DNA of 64,000 nucleotides from a virus. Position numbers and translations under genes: made by a program. The DNA lies in the IMG/VR virus record IMGVR_UViG_3300032893_000029, positions 1 through 64,000 of that record, one strand, 5' to 3'. Below the pieces are notes generated by a model, which ran no database searches, was not told the DNA's origin, and was given only the letters and a program-made list of their open reading frames with translations. Shown one piece after another: positions 45,896 to 56,369 of the stretch (position 1 is its first letter; each line of letters starts with the position of its first letter).

Positions 45896-46821
45896 TGGCC
45901 GAGAACTCGGATATCTCCTGGTGTGACCACACGTTCAACCCGTGGATCGGCTGCACAAAAGTCGGACCTGGCTGCGATCACTGCTACGCCGAAAAGCTGG
46001 CGACGACGCGTCTCAAGGTCGGATGGGGCAAAGGCGCGCCGCGCCGGCGGACAAAACCGCAGAACTGGTCGAAGCTCCTGAAGTGGGACCGCGAGGCCGA
46101 TGCCTTCTATGCCGCCAACGGCCGCTGGCCGCGGGTCTTCTGCGCCTCGCTGGCCGACATCTTCGACAACGAAATCGATTCCGGCTGGCGATCGGATTTC
46201 TTCGACCACATCCGCAAGACCAGGAACATGGAAATCCTGATCGTCACCAAGCGGATCAGCAACGTCGAACGGATGCTGCCGCGGGATTTCGGGGAACACG
46301 ATGCCGATCGCCGCGTCATCCTGATCATCACCGTTGTCAACCAGCCAGAAGCCGATCGCGATGTTCCGCGGCTCCTCAAGCTGAAGCACAAGTTTCCCTG
46401 GCTTCGCGTCGGGCTCTCGATCGAGCCGATGCTGGGACCGATCCACCTTTATCCGTACTGGCTCGACCGCAATTTTGATGGTCGCCAGCAGCGCGGGCTC
46501 GGACCGACGCCGACAATTGATTGGGTCATCACCGGCGGGGAAAGCAAACAGCTTGACGGCATCCGTCCGCTGGTGGAGCTCGAGACGCAATGGGTCAGGG
46601 ATATCGATAGGGTCTGCGTGCGCTATCGTGTGCCGCACCATTTCAAGCAATGGGGATACACGATTCCGGCCGATCAACTTCTGCACACGACCGCAGCGGA
46701 CGATGCCGTCATCTATCGAGACAAGCGTGGAGCTCCAAGGCTTATCTGGCGCGAGGAATTCGGCAACGCGCTCTACGGCCATGAAGTCCGGCAATTCCCG
46801 GAACAGAGGATAGCAGCATGA
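45895..46821 (+). CDS. DUF5131 (Gp37/Gp68) family protein
   Basis: ISWCDHTFNPWIGCTKVGPGCDHCYA..VFCASLADIF..SIEPMLG..WVITGGES..FKQWG. Confidence 0.92.
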   Translation: MAENSDISWCDHTFNPWIGCTKVGPGCDHCYAEKLATTRLKVGWGKGAPRRRTKPQNWSKLLKWDREADAFYAANGRWPRVFCASLADIFDNEIDSGWRSDFFDHIRKTRNMEILIVTKRISNVERMLPRDFGEHDADRRVILIITVVNQPEADRDVPRLLKLKHKFPWLRVGLSIEPMLGPIHLYPYWLDRNFDGRQQRGLGPTPTIDWVITGGESKQLDGIRPLVELETQWVRDIDRVCVRYRVPHHFKQWGYTIPADQLLHTTAADDAVIYRDKRGAPRLIWREEFGNALYGHEVRQFPEQRIAA

Positions 46822-46994
46822 CCCGCAGAGACCTATTTGAAGAGAAACGCCGCGCCGCGCTGAAAGCCATGTCGTTGCGGGTTTTCACCGCGGTCGTGAT
46901 GCTGATCTGGATCGTCATCGTCGCCGGCGTCATCGAGGTTGTCTGGCATTTCGCCGCGAAATACTGGTAGCGCCGTTATCTCGAGAAAGGAAAG

Positions 46995-47321
46995 ATGGGG
47001 AACATGAGCCACGAAGAGCCTGAGGATTTCACGAAATTGCGGAAGCAGCGGATCGAGGATTTCCGCGAAGTCGCGTCCGATCCGAACCAGGCATTCTGGT
47101 TCTGCGGTGTGCAGATCGAAGGCAGCGATGTCGTGTCGGCAGGCCTGATGGGGACGGCAGCGGCGCGTTATGTCTTCGGCGTCCTCTGCGAAGATGTCAG
47201 CCAGATGCATCGGTTCGGAAGATGCCCGTCTTGCGACCGTGTCGCGATGGCCTTCATCGCGGCGAAGGAAGCATTCGACAAAGTCATGTCCGCCGGACAA
47301 CAACTGGCGCACAAACACTAG
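46995..47321 (+). CDS. Hypothetical protein
   Basis: 108 aa; CPSC. Confidence 0.55.
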   Translation: MGNMSHEEPEDFTKLRKQRIEDFREVASDPNQAFWFCGVQIEGSDVVSAGLMGTAAARYVFGVLCEDVSQMHRFGRCPSCDRVAMAFIAAKEAFDKVMSAGQQLAHKH

Positions 47322-47331
47322 GAGTCCGACG

Positions 47332-47691
47332 ATGCAAATCGACAACGACACACTCAAGGTTGCGCTCGCCAAGGCCGTTCTCGACACGATGACGGCGGAG
47401 AAGCGCGAAGAAATCATCACGAACGCCGTTGCCTCGCTGCTCAATACCAAATCGAGCGACAGATACGATGCGCCGAGCGTGCTTCAACACGAGTTCAACA
47501 CTGCTGTCCGGGATCTCGCCCGCAAGATCGCGACGGAAGAGCTCGAAAGCAACGAAGAAGTAAAGGCCGCGGTCCGGAAGCTCATCACTGACGCCTGGAT
47601 CAAGCTCACCGGGCCGGACAATTATTCGAATATCGTCGGCAAGATCGCCGACGCGATGGCTGCTGGTCTCGCCGGTCGCGATCGTTTTTGA
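47332..47691 (+). CDS. Hypothetical protein
   Basis: AGGAG RBS. Confidence 0.6.
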   Translation: MQIDNDTLKVALAKAVLDTMTAEKREEIITNAVASLLNTKSSDRYDAPSVLQHEFNTAVRDLARKIATEELESNEEVKAAVRKLITDAWIKLTGPDNYSNIVGKIADAMAAGLAGRDRF

Positions 47692-48974
47692 TGTCGGACC
47701 ACCTTCTCCTGATCGACGCCTCCGGGCTGGCCTATCGGGCGCTTTACACCGGCCCGAAGTTCGAGCGCCCGAGTGACGGCGCGGCGATCGGCGGCGTGCT
47801 GGCCTTCATCAAGATCGTCTGGAAGCTGCTCGGTGCCGCCCGTTCCGACATGCCGACACACGCCTGCGCGGTGTTCGATCTTCCAGGCCCGACCTTCCGG
47901 CACAAGCTGTTTCCGGACTACAAAGGCAACCGCGGACCGCGGCCGACGAAGCTGCGCGGCGAGTTCTCGCTGATGATGGAGGCGATCCGGGCCTTTGGCT
48001 TCCATCACGCCGGGATGTCGGGCTACGAAGCCGATGACATCATCGCCACGCTGGCGCATGTCGCCGATCGCGACGGCGCCCGCGTCACCATCGTCTCATC
48101 GGACAAGGACATGATGCAGCTTGTCCGCAAGGGGTGTGTCGAGATCGTCGATCCCCGCCGCAAGGCCCGCATCACCGAAGACGATGTCCTGAAGAAATTT
48201 GGCGTGCTGCCGGAATACGTCGCCGATGTCCAGGCGCTCGCCGGCGATCCCGTCGACAACATCCCCGGGATTCCGGGGCTTGGGCTCACCGGAGCCGGCA
48301 GGATCATCGGACAACACGGCTGTCACGTCGAAGGCCTGATCACATGGGCGAAGACGGCAACCGGCAATGATGCTGCCTTGATCCGCAAACACGTCGATGC
48401 GATCGAGCTCTGCGCCGGCCTGACCAGGCTTAAGACCGATGTCCCGGTGTTCACCGGCTGGGACCAGCTTACCGTCACCCCGACCAGGATCGAAGAAATC
48501 GAAGCGCTGCTCACCCGGCTGGAATGCCCAATGAAGCTCGACGCGCTGTTCAAGATCAATTTCGAGACGGCCCGTGAGGTCTCGGCCGATGTCGACCCGC
48601 TGGAATGGTGGAAGGAAGAAATCGATTTCCCCGGGCAGAAAATCCCGCTGGAGCCGCAATGCGGGTTTTACGAGCGCCGCTATGTCAAGGACGGCCCCTG
48701 GGTGCCGGCGCGCATCTTTGCCGTTCCCGTCCGCGATCCCGTTCAGGCCTCACTCGGCAAGATGACGATGCGGTGCGAAGTCGGGGGAGAACCCAAAGAC
48801 GCCGTTCAGGAATGGGACGCCTTGTGCTCTCATCCGATCAGCCAGGGCCGCTACAACGACATGATGGCGAAGGTCCACCGCCAGGGACGGCGGGGTTTCC
48901 ACAAGCCGGTGGATCTGTTGTCGGCGCCGGCACCGACAAATCCGAGACCGAAACAACGAAAGGCGAAACGATGA
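47691..48974 (+). CDS. 5'-3' exonuclease/flap endonuclease (PolI N-terminal type) with extra C-terminal domain
   Basis: LLIDASGL..YKGNR..EADDIIA..SSDKD..LAGDPVDNIPGIPG.G. Confidence 0.9.
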   Translation: MSDHLLLIDASGLAYRALYTGPKFERPSDGAAIGGVLAFIKIVWKLLGAARSDMPTHACAVFDLPGPTFRHKLFPDYKGNRGPRPTKLRGEFSLMMEAIRAFGFHHAGMSGYEADDIIATLAHVADRDGARVTIVSSDKDMMQLVRKGCVEIVDPRRKARITEDDVLKKFGVLPEYVADVQALAGDPVDNIPGIPGLGLTGAGRIIGQHGCHVEGLITWAKTATGNDAALIRKHVDAIELCAGLTRLKTDVPVFTGWDQLTVTPTRIEEIEALLTRLECPMKLDALFKINFETAREVSADVDPLEWWKEEIDFPGQKIPLEPQCGFYERRYVKDGPWVPARIFAVPVRDPVQASLGKMTMRCEVGGEPKDAVQEWDALCSHPISQGRYNDMMAKVHRQGRRGFHKPVDLLSAPAPTNPRPKQRKAKR

Positions 48975-49174
48975 TCGATGTTCATAAAAAAGCGCTCGAG
49001 GCGGCAAGGCAACTTCTCCCGGATGGCTTTGTCATTGTCCCGAAAGTCCCGACCGAAGCTATGCTCGCCGCGGCGAACAAGGCTTCGCTTTCAAACGCGG
49101 TGCTAATGGACGATACGCGCTTTGCCTGCGAGCGCGCGACATACGAAGCCGCAATCGCGGCTTACACCATCTAA
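48971..49174 (+). CDS. Hypothetical protein
   Basis: VPKVPTEAML motif. Confidence 0.6.
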   Translation: MIDVHKKALEAARQLLPDGFVIVPKVPTEAMLAAANKASLSNAVLMDDTRFACERATYEAAIAAYTI

Positions 49175-49191
49175 CCAAAAAGAGAAAAACG

Positions 49192-50733
49192 ATGACTGAC
49201 GGAACTGTCCTAGAACCCGGCATCGGGCACAACGCACCCCCGGAGCCAATCCGCTATCCCAGCGATGTTGCCATCCTTGAAGATCTGAAGCGGCGATATC
49301 CGGAGCTCGAGACGCGACCGGTCGAATGGGAAGCCGCGCTCGCCACCTTCCCGGAGAGCTTCACGCTTGAAGACGCCGATCGCGCCGCGGCGCTGCAAGA
49401 TCTGCTCGGTCAGATGGACAAGACAAAGAAGGTCTGGAAAGGCACGCTCGATGCCGAGACAGACGAGCTCGATACCAAGATCAAGATCATCCGCAATTTC
49501 TTCAAAAAGGGGATTGAGTGGATCGGCGGCGGTGCCAAGGAAAACGGTGTGCTCAACATCTGGCGCCCGCGCCATCAGGCCTTTCTCGATCTGAAGGCGG
49601 AAGACAACCGCCGCAAGGCCGAAGAGGAAGCGGAGCGCCAGCGGCAAGCTGCTGAGGAAGCCCGGCAGAAAGCCGAACACGACAAGCAACTCGCCTTCTG
49701 GCGCAGCTTCGATGCCGAAATGGCGCGGGCGCGGAAAGAAGCCGCGGAGCAGGCGGCGCGCGATGCCGAAGAAGACAAGATGTGGGCGGAGGCCCGCGCT
49801 GAGCTCGCCGCCTACGATGCCAGACAGGCGGAGAAACAGCGCCGTGAGGACGAGCGCCACGGCCGGGAACAGAATGTCGAGCATATCCGCGCGATGAAAC
49901 AACTGCATCGCGAGGCGAAGACGCTGGCCGACAGCGAGAACCAGATGATCATCGGCGAGCAATACAAAAGCGACGCCCGGCTCGACGCTCTTGTGCTTGA
50001 GGATGGCGAAATCGCGAAGCTCGCCCGCGAACTCCTGCACTCGCCCTATCTCGACGATGACCAGAAACAAACCGTTGAAGGCATCCGCGCCGATCTTGTG
50101 ATCTGGCGCGAACAGCGTCTCGCCCGCTTCGGCGATGCGGAACGTCTCGTGCATGAACGCCGGGCCCGCGAGGCGCGGGAACGCGAACAGCGCGAAGCCG
50201 AACAGGCCAGGATGCGGCGTCTCGGTGTCTGCCTTCTCCAGATCGGCGCCGAAGCGACGCGGCGCGCCAGGATCGAAGCGGAAGAGGCGGCGCAAGCGGC
50301 GAAGCAAATCGTCAAGGACGCCAAGACCGATGTGAAAGACGCCGAGAAGGCGGAGACGCTGGCAAACCGCGATGCCCGCACGGCGACACGCGAGGCCGGT
50401 TATTCCGAACGCGAAGCCGACAAGACGGAAAACCGTGCCGATCGGCTGGAACGCCGTGTCGAGACCGCAACGGATGCCGACTTCGGGCGCCATCGCGGCG
50501 AACTCGGTACCGTTGGCACGCTGACCGGCCACTACGCCGCGGACATCTTCGACTTCGAAGCCCTTCGGAAAACCTGTGGCGAGCTCGGACCCTACTTCAC
50601 CGATGACGCGCTGAACGGCGCCGTTTATCGCTGGATGACGGAGCGCCGCGGCACCTGGACCGAAGAGCGCAAGGAAGGGCTTCTGCCCGGCGTGACATTC
50701 ATGTGGATCGTCGACTCGAGGATCACGACATGA
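49192..50733 (+). CDS. Long coiled-coil protein (recombination region)
   Basis: GIGHNAPP N-terminus, EAEKR-rich helices, LPGV C-terminus; upstream of bet. Confidence 0.7.
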   Translation: MTDGTVLEPGIGHNAPPEPIRYPSDVAILEDLKRRYPELETRPVEWEAALATFPESFTLEDADRAAALQDLLGQMDKTKKVWKGTLDAETDELDTKIKIIRNFFKKGIEWIGGGAKENGVLNIWRPRHQAFLDLKAEDNRRKAEEEAERQRQAAEEARQKAEHDKQLAFWRSFDAEMARARKEAAEQAARDAEEDKMWAEARAELAAYDARQAEKQRREDERHGREQNVEHIRAMKQLHREAKTLADSENQMIIGEQYKSDARLDALVLEDGEIAKLARELLHSPYLDDDQKQTVEGIRADLVIWREQRLARFGDAERLVHERRAREAREREQREAEQARMRRLGVCLLQIGAEATRRARIEAEEAAQAAKQIVKDAKTDVKDAEKAETLANRDARTATREAGYSEREADKTENRADRLERRVETATDADFGRHRGELGTVGTLTGHYAADIFDFEALRKTCGELGPYFTDDALNGAVYRWMTERRGTWTEERKEGLLPGVTFMWIVDSRITT

Positions 50734-51971
50734 CCGAAGTCAAAGAAAAGACAGCCCTTGAAACCGAACTGCCGCCGACCGCCGAAATGAAAGCCGGCCA
50801 GGAACTCGTCGCCGTCGCGAACAAGCTTCCGCTTCGGCTCCCCTATCCCCGCAACGCGCTCGATCTTTTCGGTGTCGATCCCTTCATGTGGAAGGCGATC
50901 ATCGATGTCGTCTATCCGCTGGCGCGATCGGTCGAGTCGATCATGCTGGCGATGTCATACTGCAAGGCCCGCAATCTCGACATCATGAAGCGAGTTGTCC
51001 ACATCGTTCCGATGTGGTCGCGCGCCGCCAATGACGGCAGAGGCGGACTGGTCGACACGCTCTGGCCCGGGATTGCCGAAGTCCGCATCACCGCGGCGCG
51101 GACACTTAACTACGCCGGCAAGGACTCCGAAATCGAAGGCCCGATGATGACAGCCGCGTTTGAACACGGCAAAGAGCGAGTCGAGCTCGAATTCCCGGAA
51201 TGGTGTCAGGTCACGGTCTACAAGATGATCCAGGGCGTCCGCTGCGCCTTTGTTGGACCCAAGGTCTACTGGCTCGAGGCCTATGGCACCGAAGCGCACG
51301 ACAGCGAAATCCCGAACGATATGTGGCGGACCAGGACGCGCGGCCAGCTTGCGAAGTGTGCCGAAGCCGCGGCGTTGCGTGCGGCCTTCCCCGAAGAGCT
51401 CGGCAACGAGTACGTCGCCGAAGAAATGGAAGGCAAGATCATCGAAGGTGTTGCCGTCCGCGTCGGTGAGATCCTGAAGGAACGCGTCGTCAACCCCGAC
51501 GGCACGATGAACCCCCCGAAACAGACCGGCACCGGCTTTGAGCGTCAGGAAACCCCGGCCCGGGCGGAGCCGGAAAGCCGCCAAACCGACGCCCCAGCCG
51601 CGGCCGGAGCCGCCGAATCCGGGTCTGCCGGTACTACCGGGCCCGGCGGGCGGGAAGCCGCCCCTAGCCCCTCAGAATCGCCCCGGGAAGAGCCCAAACC
51701 GGCCGAAAAGCCAGCGGCCGATCAAGCCGCCCTTCCCCTCCAGCCCGCGGCCGAACTGACCCCGGAACAGCGTCGGGAACAGGAATGGCAGGATTACCGA
51801 CAGGACCTTCACCGCCAGATCGTGTCCCTGCAAACCGGCATGGATGTCGATCTGTTCGAGGATCGGCATCTGCCGGAATTCGACGGCAGGCCCGCTGAGG
51901 AGCGCCAGCAATTCAAGGAGGCCTGTGCGCGGCGCTTCAACGAAATCCGTTCGCAGAGAAAGAGCCGCTGA
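50730..51971 (+). CDS. bet: Bet/RecT-family single-strand annealing protein
   Basis: YCKARNLDIMK..HIVPM..GIAEVRITAART..MW..QLAKCAEAAALRAAFPE..Y.AEEM. Confidence 0.88.
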   Translation: MTEVKEKTALETELPPTAEMKAGQELVAVANKLPLRLPYPRNALDLFGVDPFMWKAIIDVVYPLARSVESIMLAMSYCKARNLDIMKRVVHIVPMWSRAANDGRGGLVDTLWPGIAEVRITAARTLNYAGKDSEIEGPMMTAAFEHGKERVELEFPEWCQVTVYKMIQGVRCAFVGPKVYWLEAYGTEAHDSEIPNDMWRTRTRGQLAKCAEAAALRAAFPEELGNEYVAEEMEGKIIEGVAVRVGEILKERVVNPDGTMNPPKQTGTGFERQETPARAEPESRQTDAPAAAGAAESGSAGTTGPGGREAAPSPSESPREEPKPAEKPAADQAALPLQPAAELTPEQRREQEWQDYRQDLHRQIVSLQTGMDVDLFEDRHLPEFDGRPAEERQQFKEACARRFNEIRSQRKSR

Positions 51972-52159
51972 TGCTGCGCAATGCCGTCATCGGGACGATC
52001 GGCTGTTTCGGCGGCTTCGTCGGGATCTGTATCTCGGTCATCATCGCCTCGAGCGTCGATCCTAATGCCAAGCATCTTAATGTTTGGCGCGTCTTGCTGC
52101 CGGCTTCTGTTTTGATCGGTGCGGTAAGCTTCGGCGTCGTCGGCGGATTGCTGCCATGA
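51971..52159 (+). CDS. Small membrane protein
   Basis: Two hydrophobic segments. Confidence 0.5.
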   Translation: MLRNAVIGTIGCFGGFVGICISVIIASSVDPNAKHLNVWRVLLPASVLIGAVSFGVVGGLLP

Positions 52160-52479
52160 CGGAGGGTTTCAAGATCACGTGGCTCGATTCCGGACTGGAG
52201 CCGCGGTGTGCGCCGAATCCAAACTATCCCAACGGTATCGATGTCGATGTCAGTGACGGCGCGTTGAAAACCTGCCGCGTCGAGCTCCCTTATCCGGCGA
52301 AGCGCATCGGTCGTTATCGCGTCGAATGCGAGAAGTGCGGGATCAAGGCCGAATGCACGACAGCCGGCAGGCCGGATGATCCGACGAGCATCACCATCGG
52401 CTGCTACACCCAAAAACTCTTTCCCGGTGTGACCAGGATCACAATCGGGCCAAGCCCCGTAAAGGAGAAAAAGCCGTGA
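52156..52479 (+). CDS. Hypothetical Cys-rich protein
   Basis: PNPNYPNG..CEKCG..TAGRPDDP. Confidence 0.6.
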   Translation: MTEGFKITWLDSGLEPRCAPNPNYPNGIDVDVSDGALKTCRVELPYPAKRIGRYRVECEKCGIKAECTTAGRPDDPTSITIGCYTQKLFPGVTRITIGPSPVKEKKP

Positions 52480-53300
52480 GAACACAAGATGAAATCCTCG
52501 CCGAAGCCCGGCGATCGATTCGTGTCAGAGAAGATCCTTTCGGCACCTATCTCGGCGAACTTATCATGCGCTTGCCCTTCGATGTCGCCAATGAATTCCT
52601 CACGGTCGAAGCGACGGCGGAAAAATTCGGCGATCCAAAACCATGCGATGACGAAACCGTCATCGGCGAGCTCAGGGAGTACATGGCATTCGCCTGGGAC
52701 AAAGCCAACAATTGTCGCGGTCTTTCCGCGGTGCGATCGCTCTATCACATGAAGGCCTGGCTGTGGCTGCTCGGAGAAGATGACGCCGCGACACATCTGT
52801 TCGACGACTATCGTTTCTACGGCAAGCCGCAACTCGCCGCGATTTGCGAGCATTACGCGATCGACTGGAAAGCGCTCGATGACGGCAACTGGACCAACGA
52901 CGAAAGCTGCAACGGACCTGTTGGCTGTCCGGAACCGCTCAAATGGAACCAGCCGGCGCTTTCCGTCGAGACGCCGCCGGCGCCGGACAAGATCACCGCA
53001 GAAGAAATGCGCACGGTGTTCGGCACCGACATGCCGATCGAGGCGGTCAAGCTGCTCTGGGAAACGCCAGACGACTGGACCGTTGGTCAGGTCCGCGCCG
53101 AGCTCCGTCGCATCATGGAAGAGCGCAAGAAGGCAAGAACCATCACGATACATATAAAAGTCCCGCCGGAACCGCGGCTGGAAACCCCGACGACGGCGCT
53201 GCGCTGGAACGGCGGCGTGCTGGAACAGGCCTTCGTGCATCATGTCCCGCCGTCCTACACCGAAGAAATCGAGTGGCGCCGCGTTCCAGACGCCGAATAG
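52476..53300 (+). CDS. Hypothetical protein
   Basis: YMAFAWDKANNCRGLSA..YGKPQL. Confidence 0.65.
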   Translation: MRTQDEILAEARRSIRVREDPFGTYLGELIMRLPFDVANEFLTVEATAEKFGDPKPCDDETVIGELREYMAFAWDKANNCRGLSAVRSLYHMKAWLWLLGEDDAATHLFDDYRFYGKPQLAAICEHYAIDWKALDDGNWTNDESCNGPVGCPEPLKWNQPALSVETPPAPDKITAEEMRTVFGTDMPIEAVKLLWETPDDWTVGQVRAELRRIMEERKKARTITIHIKVPPEPRLETPTTALRWNGGVLEQAFVHHVPPSYTEEIEWRRVPDAE

Positions 53301-53310
53301 AGGGGGAGCC

Positions 53311-53595
53311 ATGACATACAAAATCGTGGCTGGCGCCGTCGTCGTTTTCGGTCTTGTCGTGTCGGTCTTCGCGATAGTTTCGCGCGTGCTGCCGCAACCG
53401 GCGCCAGGGCGCACGGTTGTTTGCGGCAACGATTTCTTCTTGCTGGAAAAGGGGTCGCAGCCCCTTGTCGGCACCGACGGCAATGTGCTGTGGCCGTCGG
53501 ACTGGTCGACAGAACAGGCGCGTCAGTACCGCGACAAGCATCACATCCCCGGCGGCTGGCGCCCGACGGACAGAACAGAAGAGAGAAAGCCGTGA
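53311..53595 (+). CDS. Hypothetical membrane-anchored protein
   Basis: N-terminal transmembrane segment. Confidence 0.5.
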   Translation: MTYKIVAGAVVVFGLVVSVFAIVSRVLPQPAPGRTVVCGNDFFLLEKGSQPLVGTDGNVLWPSDWSTEQARQYRDKHHIPGGWRPTDRTEERKP

Positions 53596-53769
53596 ACACC
53601 GGAGTCGTAACGCTGTCGCTGTACTGCATCTTGTGGGGCATCTAGTCGATCAACCCGCGATTTCCGCCGGCCTGGCAATCCGGCATGTTCCTGCTTGCTA
53701 TTGTATTCGGATTCTTCGCCGGCATTTCCGTATCGACATCACCGTGAAACTCAAAAAGAAAGGCAAACC

Positions 53770-55317
53770 ATGACTGACATCGCTGTTTCGAAACTGAAGT
53801 TCGGCCAGGACTACCCGCCGGGCTGCATCAACATCCGTTCCGTCGATCGCGACGCCGATCTTCCCGAGCTCACCGCGTCGATCAAAGCCGAAGGTCTGCT
53901 TCAGCCGCTGGTCGGTGTCGAGCATAACGGCGATTTCTACATCGCCGACGGCAACCGCCGGCTCGCCGCGCTTAAGAAGCTGAAGCTCGAAACGATTCAC
54001 GAAAGCAATCTCTGGCTGATCGACGGCACATCCGTCGAGGACATCAAGACCAAGGCGCTTGCCGCCAATATCCAGCGGGTGCCAATGCATGAAGTCGACC
54101 GCTACGAAGCCTTCGCCGCGCTGAACCTTCCGCCGGAGAAGATCGCGGAACGCTTCGGTGTCGATATCAAAGTCGTCAAGCGGGCGCTGGCACTCGGCAA
54201 CCTCTGCGATGTCATCCGCAAGGACTGGAAAGCCGGCAAGCTGAGATCGGATGTCGCTAGGGCCTTCACGCTCCAGCCGGATCTGAAGCTTCAGGAACAG
54301 GTCTACAACCGGCTTAAGAAATCGCACCAGATACATTCCGATTGGGTGGTCCGCCGCGAGATCACCGGCAATGTCGATGCGGAGCGTGTCGCCGATCTTC
54401 TGGCCTATGTCGGAGAGCCCGAATATCTCGCCGCCGGCGGCGTCATCGTCCATGACCTTTTTTTCGTCGAGAACGAGACGAGGTCCGTCGTCGGCAATTA
54501 CGAGCTTCTGGTCAAATGCGCGAAGGACAAGGCCGAAGCGTTTATCGCGAAGCTTAAGGAAGAAGGCTGGTCCTGGGTGGCGTTCGATTTCGAGCTCCCA
54601 ATGTACTGGCATCACGACATGCAGATCATCGGCAAAAAAGCCGACAAGGCCAAAACCGGCTGTGTCGTCGCGATCAAGAACGGGAAGCTCGATATCACTG
54701 TCGGCGTGTCGAAGACGAAAGCCAAGGTCGCCGGCGAGAAGCGGACTGAGGCAAAGAGGGCAAATCCGAATAAGATATCGAACGCCCTGATGCGCCGCAT
54801 CGACCGCTGGAACGCGGTGGCGACGAAGAAGGCGCTGACGATGATCGCGACACACAATGCCACCAACAATCCGCTAATGGCGGTCCTTGCGGAAACCGTT
54901 GCGAGGATCATCTTTCCGGATCGTGCCGGTTTCACTCCGGACCCTGTTACGAAGGCCTTGCCGGACATCCGCAATGCCACGCTCGAGATCACGATCGCGT
55001 CGGAACTTGTGAAGGCCTTCGACCGCAAGGACTATTTCTCCAACGCGCCGAAACTGGTTGTGCTGAAGGCGGTAGAGGAGTGCTTCGGCAAGGAAACGGT
55101 GACGAAGCTCGCCGCAAAATCGAAGCCTGACATCTGGAAGTTCGCGCTCGCCAATCTGCCGTCGACCTATCTGCCGCCGGCGATGCGGACGAAACGCTAC
55201 ACCGTTGCGAAAGCGAAGGATGGGACCAGACTGGCGGCTGAAGGCACGCTTGAGAAGGCCAAAGGCAAGAAAGGCCCGGCGAAGAAAAAGGCGCCGGCGC
55301 GGAGGAAGGCGGCATGA
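53770..55317 (+). CDS. ParB-like protein (second full-length copy)
   Basis: LTASIKAEGLLQPL..IADGNRRLAAL..ANIQRVPMHEVDRYEAF plus HTH. Confidence 0.85.
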   Translation: MTDIAVSKLKFGQDYPPGCINIRSVDRDADLPELTASIKAEGLLQPLVGVEHNGDFYIADGNRRLAALKKLKLETIHESNLWLIDGTSVEDIKTKALAANIQRVPMHEVDRYEAFAALNLPPEKIAERFGVDIKVVKRALALGNLCDVIRKDWKAGKLRSDVARAFTLQPDLKLQEQVYNRLKKSHQIHSDWVVRREITGNVDAERVADLLAYVGEPEYLAAGGVIVHDLFFVENETRSVVGNYELLVKCAKDKAEAFIAKLKEEGWSWVAFDFELPMYWHHDMQIIGKKADKAKTGCVVAIKNGKLDITVGVSKTKAKVAGEKRTEAKRANPNKISNALMRRIDRWNAVATKKALTMIATHNATNNPLMAVLAETVARIIFPDRAGFTPDPVTKALPDIRNATLEITIASELVKAFDRKDYFSNAPKLVVLKAVEECFGKETVTKLAAKSKPDIWKFALANLPSTYLPPAMRTKRYTVAKAKDGTRLAAEGTLEKAKGKKGPAKKKAPARRKAA

Positions 55318-56144
55318 AGATCCTTGTCATCGATCTGGAAACCATCGGCGAAGGCCCCGCCGATGGTGGCGTCGTCGAGCTCGGCTGGTGTGAAGTGCTG
55401 CAATTCAAGGTCTACAAATCTCCCCTCAGCACCGGTCCGGAAATAATCGATTACACCATCGGGGAATCCGGCGCGCACTTCATCGATCCCGGGATGCCGA
55501 TCCCGCCGGAATCCTCGATGCATCATCACATCATCGATTCCGATGTCGTCGGTGCCCGGCCGTTCGCGCTCGAGCTCGGCAACCTGCTGAAGGTCCGCGA
55601 GCCGACGGTGCTGGCGGCGCATTCGGCGAAGTTCGAACAGCGCTTCATCACGCCGGACATGACCGGCGGCTTGCCCTGGATCTGCACCTACAAATGCGGC
55701 CTCAGGCTCTACCCCGATGCGCCGTCCCATTCGAACCAGGGGCTACGCTACTACAACAAGCCCCAAGGCCTGATCCGGGAGAAAGGTCTGCCGGCACATC
55801 GCGCCGAACCCGACGCCTATGTGACGGCGTTTCACGTCCGCGACATGCTCTCGCTCGCATCGGTTGAGGATCTGGTAAAATGGAGTTCGGAGCCAGCGTT
55901 GCAGCGGACATGCCATATCGGCAGCTATCGCGGCGAGAAATGGGTCAACATCGAAAGCTCTTTTCTGCGCTGGGTCGCCGATCGGGACTTCGATGAAGAT
56001 GTCCACTACACCGTCAACCGCCTCTTGTTGCAGCGGCAGGGTCTTGACGGCGAAGAACTCGAGGCGGCACTTCACAAAATCCTGCACGGCGAAGAGGATC
56101 AAGACGATGTCGAGTTCGAGGAAATCGTCGACGAAAGCCGGTAG
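55314..56144 (+). CDS. DnaQ/ExoX-like 3'-5' exonuclease
   Basis: IDLET, AAHSAKFE, WICTYK, AHRAEPDA. Confidence 0.88.
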   Translation: MKILVIDLETIGEGPADGGVVELGWCEVLQFKVYKSPLSTGPEIIDYTIGESGAHFIDPGMPIPPESSMHHHIIDSDVVGARPFALELGNLLKVREPTVLAAHSAKFEQRFITPDMTGGLPWICTYKCGLRLYPDAPSHSNQGLRYYNKPQGLIREKGLPAHRAEPDAYVTAFHVRDMLSLASVEDLVKWSSEPALQRTCHIGSYRGEKWVNIESSFLRWVADRDFDEDVHYTVNRLLLQRQGLDGEELEAALHKILHGEEDQDDVEFEEIVDESR

Positions 56145-56369
56145 TGCCAGCGGCACGATTGACGCCGCGAAGGCCGCGGCAGAAGCGCTCAAGGACTTGA
56201 ATATGTTCTATGCGATCATCGCTCTATGCGAGCACAGTCTTTTCAGTGCCGACAGCCATCGCGGCGAGGCGGAAATCATCCGCATCTGCAAACGCCACTC
56301 CGCGGCGTGCCTAGACCGCTACGACAGCGCGATGAAAAAACTTCAGGACAAACAGAAGGAGCAGACATC

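Noticed and set aside
49192-50733. Second tape measure or TolA-like protein
   Set aside because: Generic charged coiled coil in the recombination operon on the opposite strand from the tail genes
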